Shown piece after piece: positions 1-9,191 of a DNA stretch of 64,000 nucleotides. Origin of the DNA: Gammaproteobacteria bacterium (GTDB taxonomy: Bacteria > Pseudomonadota > Gammaproteobacteria > JACCXJ01); NCBI GenBank assembly GCA_050740435.1, contig JBOIDL010000001.1, forward strand, positions 5,484-69,483, given 5' to 3'. Both the position numbers and the translations under genes were made by a program. Numbering within the stretch: the first letter of the stretch is position 1; each line of letters opens with the position of its first letter. The notes under the pieces are model-generated. The model saw only the letters and a list, made by a program, of their open reading frames with translations. It searched no databases and was not told the origin of the DNA.

Positions 1-318
1 GCGTCCAGAACACTCTCAACCCACTCGTAAGGCACCTCGGCTCGATCAACAAACGCCACCCAAACGAGATGACGCCGAAGGGCATCACCAGAGCTTTGAG
101 GGCCAGCCAGTGACCACGTTGATCGAGCATCAGGATTCACGTCTGGATAAGATCGAACAGACGGCACGGATGATACGGCCGGAGAACGTCGATCGGGGAC
201 GCGCAGAGCTACCGGAGCCGATCGAGCGGACGGAAAGAACCGAACGGCCCGAGGTCGCGCGATTGGATCGGCCTGAGCGTAGCGAGCGGATAGAACGGGC
301 GGAACGACTCGAGCATAT

Positions 319-535
319 CGAGCGGATTGAACGACTGGTGCGACCCGAGCGGATTGAACGCCTAGTGCGACCCGAGCGGTTCGAGCGGATTGAACGCCTA
401 GTGCGACCCGAGCGGTTCGAGCGGATTGAACGCCTAGTGCGACCCGAGCGGTTCGAGCGGATTGAACGCCTAGTGCGACCCGAGCGGTTCGAGCGGATTG
501 AACGCCTATTGCGCTGAGCGGTTCGAGCGGGCGGA
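319..535. repeat. Tandem array of a 36-bp unit (gagcggattgaacgcctagtgcgacccgagcggttc), about 4 identical copies plus degenerate flanking copies
   Basis: Direct reading: identical 36-mers at about 346-381, 382-417, 418-453, 454-489, with degenerate copies either side. Both strands stay open through the array (ORFs 110..517+ and 130..552-), encoding ERIERLVRPERF x n or RSIRSNRSGRTR x n. No spacers, so not CRISPR. Confidence 0.8.
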
Positions 536-919
536 ACGCTGAGCGTAGACAATGAATCGCGCGAGCAGCGCTCAGAATAAGCCCTAGCGCCCGCAGGTAG
601 GTGTCGTCGCGCTGGCTAATGCCCAACAGCTTCGGCTTGCCCTCGCTCGAATCCTGCTAGGGGACCAGATCCAGCTAGGCCGCCCAGACTCGAAGGCTTT
701 ACCAGCGCCAAGTGAGGCCGCCATCGCACTCGCCGTGATCGGCCCAAAACCCCCGGCGCTTGACCTATCTTTCGGCACACCGCGCTGGCTTTAGGCTACG
801 AGTTCTGCCGTCACTTCTCCACTCGCGCCTCATGCGCGGCGAGCAGCTCCGCAATCTCGCGAAGCCCTGCCGTTCCGCGCCATTTTATTTGAGTTCTGAA
901 TCGTCAACCGCTAAAGTTA

Positions 920-1109
920 CCGCTCGAAGATCAACCGCAATCGCGAGCAGGCCCAGATGCGCGAAGCCGCGGAGCGAGTCGCGAGACATATCGGGTAGAT
1001 AGGCAAGCGACGAGCGAGCACGCGAAGACGCGGGGAGCGGCCCGGACGGCCGCGCTTTGAGGAGCGAGGAAAGCAGATGGGCTGCGCAGTAACTTTTGCA
1101 GAGCTTCCC
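920..1109 (+). mobile_element. MITE-like element, family A, longer copy with a 46-bp internal insertion and degenerate left end
   Basis: About 75 nt (951-1023) is near-identical to the reverse complement of 27485-27560. The right end ...AAGCAGATGGGCTGCGCAGTAACTTTTGCAGAGCTTCCC matches the ends of the copy at 27469-27611. It is followed by TAA, then the ATG of the AI-2E gene. Confidence 0.45.
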
Positions 1110-1111
1110 TA

Positions 1112-2263
1112 ATGTCTTCTGAACAAGTCATAAGCGCGCGTTCTTTTTTCTGGCTCGCGCTTGCCGTGGTCATTGCCGTTCTCATTTACCTCTTGAGCCC
1201 GATTCTGACGCCGTTTTTATTAGCTGCGATTCTGGCCTACATGGGCGACCCGCTGGTGGATGGGCTGGAAGCCAAAAAAATTCCTCGTACACTCAGCGTC
1301 TTGATAGTCATGACCTTGCTGATCGGCCTTATGATCCTGATCCTGGTCATTCTGGTGCCTTTGTTCGAACAGCAGGCGGCAACCTTGATGCAAAACTATC
1401 CGCAATATCTGGAAGCGTTAAGTTCTTACATAACGCCCTGGTTGCAGCGTTTCGGAATTGCTTTCGACTTTGATATCCAGGGAATCAAACAGGCGCTGAT
1501 GGAGAATCTCCCCGCCGCCAAAAGTTTCGCGGCCAAGCTGATACCTAGTTTGACAACCGGCGGTCTCGCATTAGCCGAACTCGTAATCAATCTGGTGCTC
1601 GTGCCGGTGGTGTTGTTTTACGTGTTGCGCGACTGGGACCTGATGATTGCGCAGATCGGCGAAACGATTCCAAGGCGCGCTCGAGAGGAAACCATTTCCA
1701 TGGCTCGCGATGTCGACAAAGTCTTGGGACAATTTTTACGCGGCCAATTGTCGGTCATGCTGTTGCAAAGCGTTTTTTACGTCACGGGCCTTTGGCTCGT
1801 GGGTCTGGACTTTGCGCTGCCGATCGGCATCCTGGCGGGGATGCTCACTTTTGTTCCTTATCTCGGCGCCATCGTCGGATTCGTGCTCGCAACCCTAGCC
1901 GGATTGATTCAATTCCAAAGTTTCGGAGGGTTGGTCCCGGTGTGGATCGTTTTCTTCCTCGGGCAATTACTGGAAGGAATGGTCGTCACACCTTGGTTGG
2001 TGGGAAACCGTATCGGGCTGCATCCGGTAGTGGTGATTTTTGCGTTGCTCGCTTTTGGCCAGTTGTTCGGGTTTTTCGGTGTGTTGCTGGCGCTGCCCGC
2101 GACTGCGGCGCTCGTGGTTGGGTTTAAGTATTTGCACCAGAAATACACCGACAGCGCACTTTACAGCGAACCGAAAGAGCGTCTCGTCATTTCTCCCCCT
2201 GAAGAACCGGAAAGGACGGCAAGAGGCCTCATCGATACGGGTCAGAAATCAGTTGAGAAATGA
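1112..2263 (+). CDS. AI-2E family transporter (PerM/YhhT-like, UPF0118) integral membrane protein
   Basis: 383 aa, 7-8 predicted TM helices, characteristic AI-2E motifs (…VPVVLFYVLRDWD…, …TFVPYLGAIVG…), C-terminal cytoplasmic tail. Confidence 0.85.
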   Translation: MSSEQVISARSFFWLALAVVIAVLIYLLSPILTPFLLAAILAYMGDPLVDGLEAKKIPRTLSVLIVMTLLIGLMILILVILVPLFEQQAATLMQNYPQYLEALSSYITPWLQRFGIAFDFDIQGIKQALMENLPAAKSFAAKLIPSLTTGGLALAELVINLVLVPVVLFYVLRDWDLMIAQIGETIPRRAREETISMARDVDKVLGQFLRGQLSVMLLQSVFYVTGLWLVGLDFALPIGILAGMLTFVPYLGAIVGFVLATLAGLIQFQSFGGLVPVWIVFFLGQLLEGMVVTPWLVGNRIGLHPVVVIFALLAFGQLFGFFGVLLALPATAALVVGFKYLHQKYTDSALYSEPKERLVISPPEEPERTARGLIDTGQKSVEK

Positions 2264-2365
2264 CACTGAATTTCGTATTCTGAAACGCAACTGAGCGAAT
2301 GCATCACCGGACGCCATCTCGCGAGCGCGCAACGATGGCATTCCAAACATCACTAGGAGAATAGA

Positions 2366-2647
2366 ATGGCAGCAAAGAAATCAAGCAAAGAAGCGTCTGC
2401 AAGCAAGCAGTCCGCGCGTAAGAAAGCCGGCACGAAGAAGGGCAGCGCTAGTTTAACCGCTAAGACGCAAATAAAGAAAACAGCGGCCAAAGTCCTGGCC
2501 GGAGCGGCTGCGGGCGCAGTTCGCGCAATCATCGGTCCGCTCCAAGAGGCTGCGGGTACGAGCGAAGAGGCTGCGGGTCTCAATAAGCAAGGCGGAAACA
2601 AGGGCGGGAAGTCTACCGGAAAGCCTGGCGGCAAATCTAGCAAGTAA
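2366..2647 (+). CDS. Small Lys/Ala-rich basic protein (histone H1-like or AlgP-like low-complexity protein)
   Basis: 93 aa, KKxxAKK/AAGAA low-complexity composition, good RBS (aggaga) 7 nt upstream of the ATG. Confidence 0.5.
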   Translation: MAAKKSSKEASASKQSARKKAGTKKGSASLTAKTQIKKTAAKVLAGAAAGAVRAIIGPLQEAAGTSEEAAGLNKQGGNKGGKSTGKPGGKSSK

Positions 2648-2709
2648 GCCTTCGGTCCTGACTCATGGTCGGGTGATAAAATATCGAATCCATAACGGAG
2701 GCATAAGGC

Positions 2710-3156
2710 ATGGCGGATATTAAAAGGCGCGCAGCCGGCGCGAACCCGGATGCGAGCGGCGAAAGCTTTGCCTCGCTGATTGGTCGCCTGGGCGAAGATA
2801 TAGTCGCTCTACTCGACACCAAACTCGGCCTGCTGAAGCTCGAGATCAAAGAAGATATAGACGCATATGTGCGCGGGCGCGTCTCTATCGGCGTGGGCGG
2901 TATAATCGCAGCCGTCGGATTATCGCTGCTGAACGTGGCCATAGCCTTCCTGGTTTCCGCGCTATTCGAAAAGACTCTGCTCAGCCAGCCGGTCAAGTAC
3001 GCGCTCGGCTTTATTATTACGGGCGTGATCTATCTGGTTATCGGAGCAGCCGTTATGATTAGAGCTAAGGACCGATTGGCGAAACAGAACCTCGTGCCCG
3101 AAAGGAGCATCGAAGAACTCGAAAAGGACAAGCGGTGGTTGAAGCGAGAGTCATAA
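2710..3156 (+). CDS. Putative holin-family/DUF1469-like (YqjE-like) inner-membrane protein
   Basis: 148 aa, two central TM helices (GVGGIIAAVGLSLLNVAIAFLV / ALGFIITGVIYLVIGAAV) flanked by charged termini; RBS ggagg upstream. Confidence 0.4.
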   Translation: MADIKRRAAGANPDASGESFASLIGRLGEDIVALLDTKLGLLKLEIKEDIDAYVRGRVSIGVGGIIAAVGLSLLNVAIAFLVSALFEKTLLSQPVKYALGFIITGVIYLVIGAAVMIRAKDRLAKQNLVPERSIEELEKDKRWLKRES

Positions 3157-4749
3157 CTCTTTCGTCTCATTACTCAGACTCTCTACGGTCTTCGCCGCCA
3201 TGCGCGCGCCGGTATCGAGGAGGATACGGCCGGCCTTCCGGGCCTGCTCTCGCAGGCGGTTCCAGTGATCCTCCCGCTTGAGCTCTCGCAGGCAGCGTAG
3301 ATATTTGACCCGTTGCGCGTGATCGAGCTTGCCGAGGATCGCCGGAATCACTCCTTCTTCGATATTGTATATCTGTTCAGGCAGCGGGTTGACCGCGATC
3401 ACATCGCTCGCATCGATCCCCAGGTCCTCGGCCGTTGCCTCCATGGCGCCTCGGATCGCCTGCTCCTTGGGCCGCTGGGGTTGGGCGATATTGTAGGGCG
3501 GATCCCATTCACGCAAGGGACGGAGCTGATCGACATGGGTCAGGACGCAGAGGAGCGGGGGCGCGATCAGGTCGGGACGGCGCTGAAACAGGGCATTGAT
3601 ATTATCAAGCAGCTGCCGGTCTGCGTGTCGGGCGGCGTTGGTGGCCGAGCACACGAGTAGGATCAGGTCGCTGCGCAAGAACTCGGCCTCTGCTTCATCG
3701 AATCCCTGATCTGCCGTCGGCCCGGCATAACCCGCGCTATCGAGGACGATCATCCGCCCCGTTTCCTGGCTCTCCAATACGTACGAGGTGATCCCGGAGG
3801 TTAGGGGTAGTACATCGGTCATGGCCCGAAGCTCACCGAAGAGGGCATTGATGAGGCTGGATTTACCGGCTTTGACCTGACCCAGCACGAGCACCCGCAA
3901 GGGTTCCTCAGCGGGCAGCTCGCGGCGCTCAAGATCTGTGCGGGAGTATCTAGTTATATATTCAGCCGTTGGCCGATCGCTCAAGGTCAAGGCCCCACTG
4001 TAAAGCTCGATCGCGTAGTAGGCGACCTGCTTCACATAGCTCTGCAATAACCAGCTCTTGATCTCGTCGGCGGGGTATCTCAGGGCCTGGTGCGCGGTCA
4101 GGTCGCGCAGCTCGCGCAGCACCGCTCCCACGGGATTGATGGCCAGGGAACCCAGCCGGTATACGTCGTAGCACTTGCCCGCGAAGCTCGCTAGGCTGTG
4201 CCCGCGCATGAGATCGTGGATGGTCAGCATATGACTGAAGGGGATGTTATCAAGGAGTATTCTCAGATCCTTGCTGACCAGCTCGATGATCATGAGGAAA
4301 TAGGGGATCGCGATCTCGAGCGGTGCATTTTTCGATTCCGGGTGATAATGCCGGGCGACGATCGTGATCGTCTCTCGGCCCAGCTCGATGAGTCTGGCGG
4401 GGTCGTCGAGCGGGTAGTCCGCGAGCGTGAGCTTCTTCGTGATCGCGGTGGCCTTATCCCAGGCGGCGCGATTGCGGTCCGGCCAGTGGGGGTCTGGCTG
4501 CACCTCGGGTTTGTCCGTGAGCGCGACCGTGTGCTTACGGTTCTGCCATACCAGCGCCAACCAAGCCGCCCCACCCAGGCACGCCAGTACCAGCAGCCAC
4601 TGCAGGATCAGCCCCTGTTGCCACAGCCACACGAGTCCCAGCGGCAGGAGGGTGATGGCAGGCAGCACGATCAGCGCAATCGCCACCAGCCAGCGGAGCG
4701 AGAACTTCATCGGTGAGGGCCGGGTGGTCATGACGGTGCGTTGATTCAA
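3151..4749 (-). CDS. Membrane-anchored P-loop GTPase of unknown function (N-terminal TM pair plus central G-domain; DUF2868/DUF3482-type neighbourhood)
   Basis: 532 aa; N-terminal hydrophobic hairpin; Walker A GQVKAGKSSLINALFG, DSAG (G3), THVD (G4-like). The start overlaps the stop of the upstream GTPase gene (ATGA), so likely an operon. Confidence 0.55.
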   Translation of the reverse strand: MNQRTVMTTRPSPMKFSLRWLVAIALIVLPAITLLPLGLVWLWQQGLILQWLLVLACLGGAAWLALVWQNRKHTVALTDKPEVQPDPHWPDRNRAAWDKATAITKKLTLADYPLDDPARLIELGRETITIVARHYHPESKNAPLEIAIPYFLMIIELVSKDLRILLDNIPFSHMLTIHDLMRGHSLASFAGKCYDVYRLGSLAINPVGAVLRELRDLTAHQALRYPADEIKSWLLQSYVKQVAYYAIELYSGALTLSDRPTAEYITRYSRTDLERRELPAEEPLRVLVLGQVKAGKSSLINALFGELRAMTDVLPLTSGITSYVLESQETGRMIVLDSAGYAGPTADQGFDEAEAEFLRSDLILLVCSATNAARHADRQLLDNINALFQRRPDLIAPPLLCVLTHVDQLRPLREWDPPYNIAQPQRPKEQAIRGAMEATAEDLGIDASDVIAVNPLPEQIYNIEEGVIPAILGKLDHAQRVKYLRCLRELKREDHWNRLREQARKAGRILLDTGARMAAKTVESLSNETKEL

Positions 4750-5945
4750 GACCGGAGCGCCTGCACGTAGCGCGCTAACAATTCTCGCCCCGCCCGCAAT
4801 TCCTCCGCGTAGATCCGCTCGAACACCGCCCTGTCAGGCACGTATCCCTTCTTTATCGAGCTGAAATACGCACACAGGGTTTTGCCCAGGGCATAGGTCA
4901 CGCCAGCGGTGTACACCGAGGCGACGGCTGTCCCGTACGCCGGGATGAACTTGATGATCTCCCTGCCGCCCCAGCGCAAAAGATAGCCCAGGCCCAGGGC
5001 GCTCGCGATCTCGGCAACGCGCTGGCGGTTGAGCTCCTGATTATAGATAGAGGCAATGGCCTGCAGCATCTTCGCCTGCAGTGACAATACGAACGGGACG
5101 CTGACTATCGGGATCGGAATCGCCTCCAGACCTCCGGCGAGGAAGGCATAGGTCAGGATGTGGGGGTGGGCGGTCCGGGCATAGATGTCGCGGAGCTGTT
5201 CCACGTGTTCAGTGCTCTGGAAGAGCGCCCGTAACCCCAAAGGCAGGGCGGCCTCGATCGCCGCCCATAATGCGTCGAGCCCGTAATGGACCGGCGCATA
5301 GCCGTCTTCGGGCAAGGTGAAATCTAGCGCCACAAAAGCCGCCTCGATATCGGCAAACCACTCCCGCTGCTTACCGAGCGAGCGTGCAAGATCCTTGGGC
5401 ACGGTCGGCGGCCAAGGAGTGCTGGCATAGGGATAGGGATCGAGATGCGGCGTAGCCCGGTTGGGATAGCCTTCATGCAGAGTGGTCTGAACCACGATCA
5501 CAGGCCACCTTGGGTGTTCCCTCAGGATCGCCCGCAAGGCCTGTAACACCTCCTGTTGCGCGTGATCCATCGCTCTCATCACGACCATCAAGAGATGCGC
5601 CTGCTGCCCGAATAAACGCATGTCCTCGGTCGGGTCGTAATGGACCTCGCCCAGACCCCGGGTGTCCAGGAAGCGGACGAAACAGTGCGTTGTGTCGGGG
5701 AAGTCGTAGTGGCGCGCGGTACGCGTGCAGGGTTGGAAGCCGTTGCCGATGGCGGCATCGTCGCGGCCCGTGAGCGCCCGGATCAGGGCGCTCTTGCCGG
5801 ACTGGGCCTTGCCGAGCACCCAGATCACCGGGACCGGCAGCGTCTGTTTGATGGCGTCGAGTTTTTCCGCCAGTTTTCTCTCGCTGATCTTGGGCGTGAA
5901 GATCGCCCTGGCCAGGGCATCGCGGAACTGTGTAGCTGTTGCCAT
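4746..5945 (-). CDS. P-loop GTPase with C-terminal membrane hairpin (DUF697/YcjF-like or DUF3482-like), unknown function
   Basis: 399 aa; N-terminal G-domain VIWVLGKAQSGKSALIRALTG, DTRG; C-terminal segment with two hydrophobic helices (…AIPIPIVSVPFVLSLQAKMLQAIASIY…). Confidence 0.55.
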   Translation of the reverse strand: MATATQFRDALARAIFTPKISERKLAEKLDAIKQTLPVPVIWVLGKAQSGKSALIRALTGRDDAAIGNGFQPCTRTARHYDFPDTTHCFVRFLDTRGLGEVHYDPTEDMRLFGQQAHLLMVVMRAMDHAQQEVLQALRAILREHPRWPVIVVQTTLHEGYPNRATPHLDPYPYASTPWPPTVPKDLARSLGKQREWFADIEAAFVALDFTLPEDGYAPVHYGLDALWAAIEAALPLGLRALFQSTEHVEQLRDIYARTAHPHILTYAFLAGGLEAIPIPIVSVPFVLSLQAKMLQAIASIYNQELNRQRVAEIASALGLGYLLRWGGREIIKFIPAYGTAVASVYTAGVTYALGKTLCAYFSSIKKGYVPDRAVFERIYAEELRAGRELLARYVQALRS

Positions 5946-6092
5946 TGCTGTTTCGTCGAATGTGCTTCGATGCTGCTCCGCCAGGGTGGCACTGCGGATC
6001 CGCCTTGCGACTCAGAGCAGACCACGAAACCACCCACCGGTGCAACAATAGGAAATCGAACGCGGTTTGTCGACTAAACAAAGAGTGACATC

Positions 6093-6116
6093 CGTCATAT
6101 ACAAGCGTATATTACG
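6093..6116 (+). promoter_or_regulatory. Candidate ModE operator (CGTCATATA-N6-TATATTACG palindrome) about 26 nt upstream of modA
   Basis: Imperfect inverted repeat resembling the E. coli ModE box CGnTATATA-N6-7-TATATAnCG. It lies in the divergent promoter region between the GTPase operon and modA, and modE is encoded in the same operon. Confidence 0.45.
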
Positions 6117-6141
6117 ATTTTCGACACAATGAAAGCGCCTC

Positions 6142-6885
6142 ATGTCGCACCTTCTCGTAGCTTTCTTTGGTTTACTTCTCAGTTGGCAGGTACTTGCCGC
6201 AGAACTAATCGTGTCGGCGGCAGCCAGCCTGACCAACGCCTTTCATGAATTGGCCCCACTCTTCGAGGCTCAAAATCCAGGGGTAAAACCGCAGTTCAAC
6301 TTCGGCGCTTCGGGGGCTCTGTTACAACAGATCGCCAAGGGCGCCCCTGCTGATGTATTTGCCAGCGCCGATCAAGAAACGATGAATCAAGCGCAAGCAC
6401 AGGGTCTTGTGAAAGCAGAAGAACGGCACAACTTCGTTTCCAACACGCTGGTCATTGTTGTGCCTGTGGATGGTGGCAACGCGCCGAAGGCGTTGAACGA
6501 CCTCTTGCAGGCGCATTACAAGCATATCGCCATTGGACTGCCGGCCAGTGTTCCGGTGGGCCGTTATACGAAAAGCGCCCTGGAGAAATCGGGGCTTTGG
6601 TCGGCCATCGAGCCGAAAATGATCGGCGCACAGACTGTGCGACAGGCCCTTGACTATGTGGCGCGCTCAGAGGTCGACGCCGGTTTTGTGTACGCGACCG
6701 ACGCCGCCATCATGCCCGACAAGGTTGAAGTGGCCCTTGCCGTAGCGACTGATATCCCGATTCTCTATCCCATTGCACCGGTCGCCGCCAGCGCCAACCA
6801 CGCAGTCGCAAAGAAATTCGTCGCCTTCGTCGATTCCCATCAAGCGCAAGCCGTGCTCGCGAAGTACGGTTTCGGAAAGCCTTGA
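6142..6885 (+). CDS. modA: Molybdate ABC transporter substrate-binding protein
   Basis: 247 aa with signal peptide; ModA family motifs (…SAAASLTNAF…FNFGASGAL…ADVFASAD…). Confidence 0.9.
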   Translation: MSHLLVAFFGLLLSWQVLAAELIVSAAASLTNAFHELAPLFEAQNPGVKPQFNFGASGALLQQIAKGAPADVFASADQETMNQAQAQGLVKAEERHNFVSNTLVIVVPVDGGNAPKALNDLLQAHYKHIAIGLPASVPVGRYTKSALEKSGLWSAIEPKMIGAQTVRQALDYVARSEVDAGFVYATDAAIMPDKVEVALAVATDIPILYPIAPVAASANHAVAKKFVAFVDSHQAQAVLAKYGFGKP

Positions 6886-6888
6886 TCT

Positions 6889-7569
6889 TTGTCGATGGAA
6901 AACGCTTGGGTCGCGTTGAGCCTGACACTCAAAGTCGCCGGTTGGGCCACTGCTCTCAACCTGGTCTTTGGTGTGTCCGTCGGTTTTTTGCTGGCGCGCA
7001 AGCGGTTTCCAGGTCGCGACCTGTTGGATGCGCTTCTGACGCTGCCCCTGGTCATGCCTCCCACTGTGCTCGGCTACTACCTGCTCGTGTTACTTGGGCG
7101 TCGCGGACCGATTGGCGGCTGGCTTCAGGAGAACTTCGGCATCAACCTCATTTTTACCTGGCAGGGAGCCGTAATTGCGGCCACCATCGTCGCCTTCCCG
7201 CTGGTTTTCAAGTCGGCGCGGGCGGCGTTTGAAGCCGTTGATCCTCAGTTTGAACAGGCTGCGCGCGTTCTCCGTATCAGCGAGGTCGCGGTTTTTTTTC
7301 GGGTGACTTTGCCCTTGGCATGGCGCGGCATTTTGGCTGGGGCATTGCTCGCCTTCGCCCGGGCGACCGGGGAGTTTGGTGCAACCTTGATGGTGGCAGG
7401 AAGCATTCCCGGGAAAACGCAAACCTTGTCCATCGCGGTTTACGAGGCGGCTCAAGCAGGGCAGGACAACGTTGCGAATTTTCTCGTGCTGGTGACATCG
7501 GTGACTTGCATCACGGTGCTGCTGGCCGCGGGGCGCCTCGCGCCGGGACGAATTGCAGGTCAGCCATGA
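6889..7569 (+). CDS. modB: Molybdate ABC transporter permease
   Basis: 226 aa, ABC permease EAA-type loop (…ARATGEFGATLMVAGSIPG…), 5 TM helices, immediately after modA. Confidence 0.9.
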   Translation: MSMENAWVALSLTLKVAGWATALNLVFGVSVGFLLARKRFPGRDLLDALLTLPLVMPPTVLGYYLLVLLGRRGPIGGWLQENFGINLIFTWQGAVIAATIVAFPLVFKSARAAFEAVDPQFEQAARVLRISEVAVFFRVTLPLAWRGILAGALLAFARATGEFGATLMVAGSIPGKTQTLSIAVYEAAQAGQDNVANFLVLVTSVTCITVLLAAGRLAPGRIAGQP

Positions 7570-8275
7570 GGATGACTCCATGATTTGGGATGTCGATGTG
7601 CGCAAGCATTTTGAGAACACCAAACGCAGCTTCAAGCTGGACGTGCGCTTTCGCAGTAATGCACGGCGGCTGGTTCTGTTTGGGCCATCAGGTGCAGGCA
7701 AGAGTCAGACGCTGAAGATGATCGCCGGTCTAAGCGCACCCGACGATGGGCATGTTCGACTGGAAGGGCTTTCTCTGTTTGATCATCGCGCACGCATCGA
7801 CCTGCCGCCACAGGAGCGTGAGCTTGCCTACGTATTTCAGGACTATGCGCTGTTCCCTCATCTTACAGTGCTACAGAACATTGCGTTCGCGCTGCATCCC
7901 GGACTGATGAATCCGAAACGCAATGTACGGCACGACTCCGTGACCCGCTGGCTCGAAGCATTCCGTCTTGCGCCCGTGGCGCATCAATACCCGGAGCAGC
8001 TGTCGGGTGGGCAACATCAGCGGGCCGCTTTGGCCCGTGCTCTTGTAGCCGAACCCCGCGCACTGCTGCTGGATGAACCGTTTGCCGCGCTTGATCGCGC
8101 GCTACGGGCGCATTTGCGCCAGGAACTGGCGGAGCTTCAAGCCCAGCTCAACATTCCACTGATTCTGATTTCTCACGACGAAGAGGATGTTGACTGCTTT
8201 GCAGGTGCCGTAATTCATATTCAAGACGGCCGAACGATTGAGAAAACAGTGGATCATAATGCGCTGGCAGCTTGA
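7553..8275 (+). CDS. modC: Molybdate ABC transporter ATP-binding protein (short form without C-terminal TOBE domain)
   Basis: 240 aa; Walker A GPSGAGKS, signature LSGGQHQRAALARAL, Walker B LLLDEPF; overlaps the modB stop. Confidence 0.8.
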   Translation: MQVSHEDDSMIWDVDVRKHFENTKRSFKLDVRFRSNARRLVLFGPSGAGKSQTLKMIAGLSAPDDGHVRLEGLSLFDHRARIDLPPQERELAYVFQDYALFPHLTVLQNIAFALHPGLMNPKRNVRHDSVTRWLEAFRLAPVAHQYPEQLSGGQHQRAALARALVAEPRALLLDEPFAALDRALRAHLRQELAELQAQLNIPLILISHDEEDVDCFAGAVIHIQDGRTIEKTVDHNALAA

Positions 8276-8337
8276 TAGCCTTGAGCGCCGCGCCATTGAT
8301 GCGCGACCGATACCCTAACAGTTTATCCGGAGTTCTC

Positions 8338-9162
8338 ATGGCCAAAACAGCCAACCAACCTAACGATCCGATCCATCTGGACGGCGCAGTCTGGATGAAA
8401 GTTGGTGACGAAAACCTAGGTGGCCGTGGTCGCGTGGGTTTGCTGCGCGCCATAGTCGAAAAAGGCTCGATCACCCAGGCGGCTAAGGCGATTGGCATGA
8501 GCTACAAGGCCGCCTGGGATGCGGTCGACACGATGAACAATCTGGCGGGTGAGCCGTTGGTTGAACGAAGCAGCGGCGGCCGAGGGGGAGGCTGGACGCA
8601 ATTGACACCACGAGGCCTTCAACTAATCGAGCGTTTCGACCAGATCGAAGCGGTCCATCGACGGTTCGTGAAACTGCTGAGCAATGAAGCCATCGATCTC
8701 ACGTCCGACCTTAATCTGCTGCGAACCTTGAATATGAAAAGCAGTGCCCGAAACCAGTTTTCCGGAGTCGTCACTGCCGTGAAGAGCGGTGCGGTCAACG
8801 ACGAAATCCAACTTACAGTGGGGAAGAACACTCGGATCGTGGCCGTTGTGACCCGAGAAAGCACGGAGTCGCTCGGAGTGAGAATCGGCAGCCAAGCGTT
8901 TGCACTAATCAAGGCATCTTCCATCATCATCGCCAGCGATTTTGATGGAGCCAAGCTTTCCGCCCGCAACCAACTCTATGGAACTGTTGCTTCTGTGATT
9001 CCCGGAGCGGTCAACGCGGAGGTGGTCTTAGAGATTGATGGCGGCGGGAGCATCGCAGCGATTGTGACCAATCCAAGTGTTCGGTCGCTTGGGCTTGAAG
9101 CCGGTAAACGGGCGGTTGCGATCTTCAAAGCATCCAGCGTCATTCTCGGAACGATGGCGTGA
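8338..9162 (+). CDS. modE: Molybdate-responsive transcriptional regulator ModE (N-terminal HTH plus two Mop/TOBE domains)
   Basis: N-terminal ModE-type HTH (…GSITQAAKAIGMSYKAAWDAVDTMNNL…) followed by two Mop repeats (…NQFSGVVTAV…, …NQLYGTVASV…). Start moved to the ATG at 8338 (MAKTANQ), which has an RBS. Confidence 0.8.
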   Translation: MAKTANQPNDPIHLDGAVWMKVGDENLGGRGRVGLLRAIVEKGSITQAAKAIGMSYKAAWDAVDTMNNLAGEPLVERSSGGRGGGWTQLTPRGLQLIERFDQIEAVHRRFVKLLSNEAIDLTSDLNLLRTLNMKSSARNQFSGVVTAVKSGAVNDEIQLTVGKNTRIVAVVTRESTESLGVRIGSQAFALIKASSIIIASDFDGAKLSARNQLYGTVASVIPGAVNAEVVLEIDGGGSIAAIVTNPSVRSLGLEAGKRAVAIFKASSVILGTMA

Positions 9163-9191
9163 TCTTGAGCGCGAAGTGCGAATCGAAAAAT

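Noticed and set aside
110-552. Possible CRISPR array suggested by identical 36-bp repeats
   Set aside because: Repeats are directly contiguous with no spacers and the unit is a multiple of 3; this is a tandem repeat, not CRISPR.
584-1185. ORFs 584..778(-), 760..1002(+), 931..1185(-)
   Set aside because: They overlap each other and the MITE-A copy. The 760..1002 C-terminus is just the element translated, and the same peptide recurs in ORF 27532..27729 over the second copy. No RBS and no coding signal.
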